From positions 1 to 64,000 of the forward strand of contig NIVC01002506.1 of NCBI GenBank assembly GCA_002269645.1: a stretch of DNA of 64,000 bases. Reading direction: 5' to 3'. The notes below the pieces were generated by a model. That model saw only the letters and a list, made by a program, of their open reading frames with translations, ran no database searches and was not told the DNA's origin. Below are positions 55,701-64,000 of this stretch, piece after piece (position 1 is the stretch's first letter; each line of letters opens with the position of its first letter). This DNA is from Macrostomum lignano. Lineage: Eukaryota. A program made the position numbers and the translations under genes.

Positions 55701-58700
55701 CGTCATGTAAACAATCATAGAAGCGTCATGTTAACAATCATAGAAGCGTCATGTAAACAATCATAGAAGCGTCATGTTAACAATCATAGAAGCGTCATGT
55801 AAACAATCGTAGAAGTGTCATGTAAAAAATCATAGAAGCGTCATGTTAACAATCATAGAAGCGTCATGTAAACAATCATAGAAGCGTCATGTAAACAATC
55901 ATAGAAGCGTCATGTAAACAATCATAGAAGCGTCATGTAAAAAATCATAGAAGCGTCATGTAAACAATCATAGAAGCGTCATGTAAACAATCATAGAAGC
56001 GTCATATAAAAATCATAGAAGCGTCATGTAAACAATCATAGAAGCGTCATATAAAAATCATAGAAGCGTCATGTAAAAAATCATAGAAGCGTCATGTAAA
56101 AAATCATAGAAGCGTCATGTAAAAAATCATAGAAGCGTCATGTAAAAATCATAGAAGCGTCATATAAAAATCATAGAAGCGTCATGTAAACAATCATAGA
56201 AGCGTCATGTAAAAAATCATAGAAGCGTCATGTAAAAAATCATAGAAGCGTCATATAAAAATCATAGAAGCGTCATGTAAACAATCATAGAAGCGTCATG
56301 TAACAATCATAGAAGCGTCATGTAAACAATCATAGAAGCGTCATGTAAACAATCGTAGAAGTCATGTAAAAAATCATAGAAGCGTCATGTAAACAATCAT
56401 AGAAGCGTCATGTTAACAATCATAGAAGCGTCATGTAAACAATCATAGAAGCGTCATGTAACAATCATAGAAGCGTCATGTAAACAATCATAGAAGCGTC
56501 ATGTAAAAAATCATAGAAGCGTCATGTAACAATCATAGAAGCGTCATGTAAAAATCATAGAAGCGTCATGTAAAAATCATAGAAGCGTCATATAAAAATC
56601 ATAGAAGCGTCATGTAAAAATCATAGAAGCGTCATGTAAACAATCATAGAAGCGTCATTAAAAAATCATAGAAGCGTCATGTAAAAAATCATAGAAGCGT
56701 CATGTAAAAAATCATAGAAGCGTCATATAAAAATCATAGAAGCGTCATGTAAAAAATCATAGAAGCGTCATAAAAAATCATAGAAGCGTCATGTAAACAA
56801 TCATAGAAGCGTCATATAAAAATCATAGAAGCGTCATGTAAACAATCATTGAAGCGTCATGTAAAAAATCATAGAAGCGTCATGTAAAAATCATAGAAGC
56901 GTCATGTAAAAATCATAGAAGCGTCATGTAAAAATCATAGAAGCGTCATATAAAAATCATAGAAGCGTCATGTAAACAATCATAGAAGCGTCATGTAAAA
57001 AATCATAGAAGCGTCATGTAAAAAATCATAGAAGCGTCATAATAAAATCATAGAAGCGTCATGTAAACAATCATAGAAGCGTCATGTAAAAATCATAGAA
57101 GCGTCATATAAAAAATCATAGAAGCGTCATGTAAAAATCATAGAAGCGTCATGTAAAAAATCATAGAAGCGTCATGTAAAAAATCATAGAAGCGTCATAT
57201 AAAAATCATAGAAGCGTCATGTAAACAATCATAGAAGCGTCATGTAAACAATCATAGAAGCGTCATGCAAAAATCATAGAAGCGTCATTAAAAAATCATA
57301 GAAGCGTCATATAAAAATCATAGAAGCGTCATGTAAACAATCATAGAAGCGTCATGTAAACAATCATAGAAGCGTCATGTAAACAATCATAGAAGCGTCA
57401 TGTAAACAATCATAGAAGCGTCATGTAAACAATCATAGAAGCGTCATGTAAACAATCATAGAAGCGTCATGTAAACAATCATAGAAGCGTCATGTAAACA
57501 ATCATAGAAGCGTCATGTAAAATCATAGAAGCGTCATGTAAACAATCATAGAAGCGTCATGTAACAATCATAGAAGCGTCATGTAAACAATCATAGAAGC
57601 GTCATGTAAAAAATCATAGAAGCGTCATGTAAACAATCATAGAAGCGTCATGTAAACAATCATAGAAGCGTCATGTAAAAATCATAGAAGCGTCATATAA
57701 AAATCATAGAAGCGTCATGTAAACAATCATAGAAGCGTCATGTAAACAATCATAGAAGCGTCATGTAAAAATCATAGAAGCGTCATGTAAACAATCATAG
57801 AAGCGTCATGTAAAAAATCATAGAAGCGTCATATAAAAATCATAGAAGCGTCATGTAAACAATCATAGAAGCGTCATATAAAAATCATAGAAGCGTCATG
57901 TAAACAATCATAGAAGCGTCATGTAAACAATCATAGAAGCGTCATATAAAAATCATAGAAGCGTCATGTAAAAATCATAGAAGCGTCATATAAAAATCAT
58001 AGAAGCGTCATGTAAAAAATCATAGAAGCGTCATGTAAAGATCATAGAAGCGTCATGTAAAAAATCATAGAAGCGTCATGTAAAAATCATAGAAGCGTCA
58101 TGTAAAAAATCATAGAAGCGTCATGTAAACAATCATAGAAGCGTCATTAAAAATCATAGAAGCGTCATGTAAACAATCATAGAAGCGTCATGTAAAAAAT
58201 CATAGAAGCGTCATGTAAAAAATCATAGAAGCGTCATATAAAAATCATAGAAGCGTCATGTAAACAATCATAGAAGCGTCATGTAAAAATCATAGAAGCG
58301 TCATGTAAACAATCATAGAAGCGTCATGTAAACAATCATAGAAGCGTCATGTAAAAATCATAGAAGCGTCATGTAAACAATCATAGAAGCGTCATGTAAA
58401 AATCATAGAAGCGTCATGTAAACAATCATAGAAGCGTCATGTAACAATCATAGAAGCGTCATGTAAAAAATCATAGAAGCGTCATGTAAAAATCATAGAA
58501 GCGTCATGTAAACAATCATAGAAGCGTCATGTAAACAATCATAGAAGCGTCATGTAAACAATCATAGAAGCGTCATGTAAAAATCATAGAAGCGTCATGT
58601 AAAAAATCATAGAAGCGTCATGTAAAAATCATAGAAGCGTCATGTAAACAATCATAGAAGCGTCATGTTAAAATCATAGAAGCGTCATGTAAACAATCAT

Positions 58701-60000
58701 AGAAGCGTCATGTTAACAATCATAGAAGCGTCATGTAAACAATCATAGAAGCGTCATGTAAAAAATCATAGAAGCGTCATGTAACAATCATAGAAGCGTC
58801 ATGTAAAAATCATAGAAGCGTCATGTAAACAATCATAGAAGCGTCATGTAAACAATCATAGAAGCGTCATGTAAAAATCATAGAAGCGTCATGTAAACAA
58901 TCATAGAAGCGTCATGTAAACAATCATAGAAGCGTCATATAAAAATCATAGAAGCGTCATGTAAACAATCATAGAAGCGTCATATAAAATCATAGAAGCG
59001 TCATGTAAAAATCATAGAAGCGTCATGTAAAATCATAGAAGCGTCATGTAAAAAATCATAGAAGCGTCATGTAAAAAATCATAGAAGCGTCATTAAAAAT
59101 CATAGAAGCGTCATGTAAACAATCATAGAAGCGTCATGTAAAAAATCATAGAAGCGTCATGTAAAAATCATAGAAGCCATGTAAAAAATCATAGAAGCGT
59201 CATGTAAAAATCATAGAAGCGTCATGTAACAATCATAGAAGCGTCATGTAAACAATCATAGAAGCGTCATGTAAACAATCATAGAAGCGTCATAGAAGCG
59301 TCATGTAACAATCATAGAAGCGTCATGTAAACAATCATAGAAGCGTCATGTAAAATCATAGAAGCGTCATGTAAACAATCATAGAAGCGTCATGTAAAAA
59401 TCATAGAAGCGTCATGTAAACAATCATAGAAGCGTCATGTAAAAATCATAGAAGCGTCATGTAAACAATCATAGAAGCGTCATGTAAAAATCATAGAAGC
59501 GTCATGTAAAAATCATAGAAGCGTCATGTAAAAATCATAGAAGCGTCATGTAAACAATCATAGAAGCGTCATGTAAAAAAAAAATCATAGAAGCGTCATG
59601 TAAAAATCATAGAAGCGTCATGTAAAAATCATAGAAGCGTCATGTAAAAATCATAGAAGCGTCATAAAAAATCATAGAAGCGTCATGTAAAAATCATAGA
59701 AGCGTCATGTAAACAATCATAGAAGCGTCATGTAAACAATCATAGAAGCGTCATGTAAACAATCATAGAAGCGTCATGTAAAAATCATAGAAGCGTCATA
59801 TAAAATCATAAAGCGTCATGTAAAAAATCATAGAAGCGTCATGTAAAGATCATAGAAGCGTCATGTAAAAATCATAGAAGCGTCATGTAAAAAATCATAG
59901 AAGCGTCATATAAAAATCATAGAAGCGTCATGTAAACAATCATAGAAGCGTCATGTAAAAAATCATAGAAGCGTCATGTAAACAATCATAGAAGCGTCAT
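52701..60000 (+). repeat. Satellite array, 22-24-bp unit, consensus ATCATAGAAGCGTCATGTAAACA (about 315-320 copies by length), runs into gap
   Basis: Invariant core ATCATAGAAGCGTCAT plus an A-rich variable linker. Confidence 0.98.
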
Positions 60001-60076
60001 NNNNNNNNNNNNNNNNNNNNNNNNNNNNNNNNNNNNNNNNNNNNNNNNNNNNNNNNNNNNNNNNNNNNNNNNNNNN
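60001..60076. other. Assembly gap (Ns)
   Basis: Read directly. Confidence 1.
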
Positions 60077-60137
60077 CTATGAGAGTAATTTTTTGTTGAG
60101 TGTTACTATTACCATGACTCAGTTTAAACTCTTTTGT

Positions 60138-60546
60138 GACCCTTCGCGCCTGCGGCGCGGCGGCGGGTTATAGAGTGTTGGGGAGAGTTGGAACTGTTAG
60201 AAGAGTTGGGGAGTGTTAGAAGTGTTAGTAGTATATACGATACAAAATACCCAGCAAACCATTCTCACCATTGCAAACAATTTAACCCTTTATCAGTGTG
60301 AAATGGCCTGTTTCCCTTCATTTTCGCTCGTCTTCACTTCGCTCAACTCGCTTCGCTCATCCTCGCTTCATTTCGGTCAAACAGGCCATTTCACACTTAC
60401 AACGATTAATTCTTTTTGAATGGTGAGAACACGCTCTCGTCGTTCGCTTTGGTTTGCTGGGTATTTTGTATCGTCAACGCTTCCAACTCTCTCCAACACA
60501 CACAAACTTTCTAGAACCGTCGCACGCGCCGCAGGCGCGAAGGGTC
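60138..60546. repeat. ~410-bp interrupted foldback (four perfect stems)
   Basis: 60138-60159/60525-60546, 60237-60261/60450-60474, 60262-60272/60419-60429, 60295-60313/60379-60397. Confidence 0.92.
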
Positions 60547-60727
60547 GGAAAGAATAGAAGCTATTTATAGTCAGTTCACCTACCCACCCAACATTCCATT
60601 TAGACCGGATTTTGGACCAAATTTTTGAAAACGAAAACCAAAACGATAGTCTAGTTTTGTTTGGTCTGGAATCTGGTCTAAATGGAATGCAGACAATCTT
60701 TTTCTGTTACTAAAAATAGAACAAAAA

Positions 60728-61125
60728 ATGACACACGTTACACATATGCAAAATCTGAATGAATTGCAGGTAGGAGACCCAGTTGAATACCGAGGTGAGG
60801 GCTTTTTGATGTGGTTGGAACAGCAGCAAATTTTGTTAAAGACAATATGGGGCTTATAGGCCAAGCTGGCTCTGCAGCAGGCTCTATAACAAATGCTGTA
60901 AAAGGAGGAATTGAAGCAGCTAGAGCGGCAGAAGAACTAAAGAAATTGAGAGATTTTAACGACACCCTCTCACAAATAAAATGCAATAAAAGATTTAAAG
61001 CTGGCACAAGCCGCACAACCAACAGAAACCCCACGAAAAGCGCACCAATAAGTAATAAAGATATTCAGGATTTTAATAAAATGTTAAATACTATTAAAGG
61101 TGGAAAAGGATTAAAGAAATTTTAA
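60728..61125 (+). pseudogene. Core-like G-x-G protein homologous to 8742-9122 (1-nt shift near 60805)
   Basis: RGEGF(F)DVVGTAANFVKDNM...AGSAAGSITNAV...KGGKGLKKF. Confidence 0.65.
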
Positions 61126-61135
61126 CAATATAAAA

Positions 61136-62125
61136 ATGGGCTCAGTTAATGATGATGAAAACCGGTTATATTTTATAGGAGAAATTGTAGATACTTTAGA
61201 TCTGATGATAATAAGCAACCCACACAATGTTAAAAAGATTGGATCGATTAGGTAAAAAGTTTGACTACGACATCGATACATTTAAACTCGCAGCAAAATA
61301 TGCACAAGAAGGAAGGCCAATATCCTTTAAGAATCGCGGCAGAAATTATAGGTTGACAGACTCCGATGTGAAATTTTTAATGGAGACTCACACTAAAAAG
61401 GACGGTGGATTACTACCCATTCTACCGCTTCTTTTAGGACTTGGCGCAGCTGGAGCAGTCGGTTTAGCCGGAAAAAGAATTCATGATAATGTAAAACAGC
61501 TAGGAGAGTTAAGAGCGAAACAGGGGGGAATCTTGCCCCTTGCAGCTTTGCTCCCAATAATTTTTGCAGGAATTGGAGCAGCTGGAGAGAGTTGCTGGCG
61601 GAGCAGCTGGAATTAAAGCAGTAAATGACAAAAAAGCTGCGACGAAAAAGCTAAAAGAGAGGCCGAATTTCAAAGACAGCAAATAACGCAGGACGCACAA
61701 TTTAAACAAAACTTATCGATACAATTAATAGTAGTTCAGCAACAGCTGAGCAAAAAAGAAATGCAGAAGCTAGGTTATCAGCTGGAAAAGGGTTAATACT
61801 AAAAGGATCAAATCATGGCAATGGTTTACTTTTACAAGGAACAACCCAAGGAAGTGGAGTTGTCGCAGATAAACTACATGAATTTGGTCAAACTTTAGAA
61901 AAAACGGGTGAGAAAGCTAAAGGATTTTTTGACAATATTGGGGCTAATTTTAGGCCAGCAGTTCAGAAGATTTTTACTAAATTAGGAAAAGATTTTAACA
62001 TCATTGAAAAACATGATGGAAGCGGATTATATCTCGAAATGCGACCAAAAGCAGGTTCAGGAATTTTCTTAAATTCAAACGTTATGGGCAATGGATTGCT
62101 GTTACCAAAAGCAGATCTCGAATAG
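61136..62125 (+). pseudogene. Polyprotein-like core precursor with two pX-like modules and six G-x-G motifs (frameshifted)
   Basis: KDGGLLPILPLL and KQGGILPLAALLPII, then AGKGLIL, HGNGLLL, QGSGVV, DGSGLYL, AGSGIFL and MGNGLLL to TAG at 62123-62125. Confidence 0.65.
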
Positions 62126-62206
62126 GCTCCTGGGGGGAGGGTGGACACCAAAAACGCAAAATAAAAAATCAATAATTCAAACATTATATAAATTATATTC
62201 TATAAA

Positions 62207-64000
62207 ATGGAACAAAGATTGACCCCAGATCAGATTCGACAACTTCTTGCAAATGAGCGCCAACAGTTCAATCGATTACAAAGACAGATTGAACAAATTG
62301 AACAGCGCCAAAGACAACAACGCCGCCAAAGAGCAAGAGAAAGACAGAGAGAAAGGCAGAGAGAAAGAGAAATACAAGACCAACAAATAAATGCATTAGC
62401 AAATAATATAAGGGCAGAATATGAAATGAAGCGATTAATAGAAAAGGCTGAATATGAAAAAAGAATAGCAGAATTAGAAAAAAACCAAAAGAAACCCACA
62501 CGTCGGAAACCTCGGAATAAATCGGATGAAAAACCATTAGATGAGTTTATTAGGGTTTATCGATTTGAACCAATGCAGAATGTCCTAGATTTTATTGAAA
62601 CCCAGCTTTCAAACGGATATGCTGTTGAAATTACTAATGCGAGGGTACAATATTTTTATAATAAAACCGGGGATGATCGTGAAGAGATTAATCAATACTT
62701 AGCAACATTTTATAATATAAGCCAATTTCAAGCTTGGTTTAAGCATTTGGTAGAAAATTACGACATGAATTTAAGTGTGTTTTCTGGAAGACTTAAAATG
62801 ACTCCAAACGAAATTACACTTAAACACGAAAGGTCAAAGCAGGGTATGGGAACAAATGTCATGTGTGAAATTGTAGAGTATAAAGATGAGTACTGTTACA
62901 TACCTAGTGATGGAAATTGTTTCTACAAGTGTGTTCAGTTTATTTATGGTGATAAAGCCCCATCCAAAGACGAATATGGTGCTTGGTTGTTCGACTCAAG
63001 AACCCAAAGAGGTTTAATGACAAATTCAAGAATTGGAAGATTCAATGAATATTTTAATCTTAATATAGGGCTGTACAACACCAAAAATCGTGGCATTGAA
63101 CCAAAGTCTCAAAGAGGGATTCACCACGATTGGTTATTAATAAATTATTTCCACACACCAGATTACCACATTGGGCATTATTGTCTTATATCAAATAAAC
63201 AACGAGGAATCGCCCTCGAACGGATAAAAGACAATTATAAAGTTGTATATAAAAACCCAACGCTCGAAAATGTTAAGGAGCTAAAAATGTTCAACACACC
63301 CACAAATCCCAATAAATCAAACGTATATATATTTGATTTTGAAACATATTTAAATTATAATCAACAAGCATGTCCGTATGCGGTTGGTCTTTTAAACTAT
63401 AACGACTTTTCTAATAAGTGTAATGAAACCCCAGAGGAAATAAAGAAACTAACTAAGATCTTGATATCAGATCGCGGTTGTGATTTTCAAACAGATGGAG
63501 ATAAGGTTGACCGTGCCGAAGGTTCGCAACCAAAGGTTGATTGTGTTAGAAAAATGTTTAAATACCTTGGTACAGTTAGGTCAAAGGGGATTGTTTTGAT
63601 CGCGCATAACTCATCCCGCTTCGATTCATACATACCACTATTTTGTAATATAAAACCAATTAAAATTCTCAAAACCCCAAGAGGAATATTATCAATAACT
63701 TTTGTAAACGATTACGCGTCAAAAGAGGTTAGTGCATTTATAAACAAAGATAAGAAGAAGAATCATAAGGATTCGAAACAAACCATTACGATGCTTTGTT
63801 CATATCAACACGCATCAATGAGTTTAAAAAAGTTTTGCTCATCAATGACAATTAGAGAGGATTTGCGAAAGACCTCAATGGTTCACGACATTACCGAACA
63901 CGACTATTTAGAGCGCATGGACGAATGGTATGAATATTTACAATTTGATCTTATTTCTTTATGCGCCTGTATTCATAAGTATAATGAAATAGCATATGAA
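62207..64000 (+). CDS. polB: pPolB N-terminal part with OTU-like domain and exonuclease. At least 598 codons, open to window edge, absent from ORF track
   Basis: Translated by hand with no stop. R/Q/E-rich N-terminus, IPSDGNCF...GHY, Exo I YIFDFET, Exo II AHNSSRFD, Exo III YLQFD. Confidence 0.85.
   Translation, partial: MEQRLTPDQIRQLLANERQQFNRLQRQIEQIEQRQRQQRRQRARERQRERQREREIQDQQINALANNIRAEYEMKRLIEKAEYEKRIAELEKNQKKPTRRKPRNKSDEKPLDEFIRVYRFEPMQNVLDFIETQLSNGYAVEITNARVQYFYNKTGDDREEINQYLATFYNISQFQAWFKHLVENYDMNLSVFSGRLKMTPNEITLKHERSKQGMGTNVMCEIVEYKDEYCYIPSDGNCFYKCVQFIYGDKAPSKDEYGAWLFDSRTQRGLMTNSRIGRFNEYFNLNIGLYNTKNRGIEPKSQRGIHHDWLLINYFHTPDYHIGHYCLISNKQRGIALERIKDNYKVVYKNPTLENVKELKMFNTPTNPNKSNVYIFDFETYLNYNQQACPYAVGLLNYNDFSNKCNETPEEIKKLTKILISDRGCDFQTDGDKVDRAEGSQPKVDCVRKMFKYLGTVRSKGIVLIAHNSSRFDSYIPLFCNIKPIKILKTPRGILSITFVNDYASKEVSAFINKDKKKNHKDSKQTITMLCSYQHASMSLKKFCSSMTIREDLRKTSMVHDITEHDYLERMDEWYEYLQFDLISLCACIHKYNEIAYE

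Larger units (their letters stand above)
60728..64000 (+). mobile_element. Third Polinton-like virus segment (family C), runs off window
   Basis: pVI-like, pX-like and pPolB genes diverged from family A. Its relation to family B is unknown. Confidence 0.8.

Noticed and set aside
52701-60000. CRISPR-like array (constant core with variable spacers)
   Set aside because: The linkers are 6-8-bp A-rich variants of one sequence, not unique spacers. There are no cas genes and the context is eukaryotic.
60227-60232. AGTAGT as the family C Polinton terminus
   Set aside because: It lies inside one foldback arm and no partner TIR is available; a 6-mer match is uninformative.
1-64000. tRNA, rRNA, host protein genes, or a firm host taxon
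   Set aside because: No recognisable structural RNA or spliced host gene was found. LOA-like elements and TTAGGG give conflicting, weak taxonomic hints.

Overview
Repeat-rich eukaryotic (probably invertebrate) DNA with no recognisable host gene. It is a dense cluster of endogenous Polinton/Maverick-type dsDNA viruses. Family A occurs three times. A1 (1-13230) runs from a PLA2 fragment through integrase, a pX-like gene, pPolB, adenain-like protease, a membrane protein, a coiled-coil protein, packaging ATPase, two core-like genes and intact major and minor capsid genes to a right TIR ending CTACT. A2 (13231-28470) is an inverted ATPase-to-polB fragment carrying two LOA-like non-LTR retrotransposons and a 598-bp retroposon. 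A3 (28471-38420) starts with an AGTAG left TIR, has the ATPase-polB block inverted relative to integrase, and is truncated. From 38.4-50 kb there are host repeats: Helitron/DINE-like ends, pyrimidine tracts, a MITE-like and a solo-LTR-like insert. A second Polinton type leaves MCP and protease remnants at 50.4-51.8 kb. A 7.3-kb ~23-bp satellite runs into an assembly gap. After the gap come a ~410-bp foldback and another Polinton-like virus with pX-like modules and an OTU-bearing pPolB that is open to the window edge and absent from the ORF track. The most interesting leads are conserved P(T/S)AP plus LYPxI ESCRT-type late motifs in the viral membrane protein, adenovirus pX/pVI-like protease-processed core proteins, and Polinton-into-Polinton nesting. 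All family assignments come from motif reading by eye; no searches were run.
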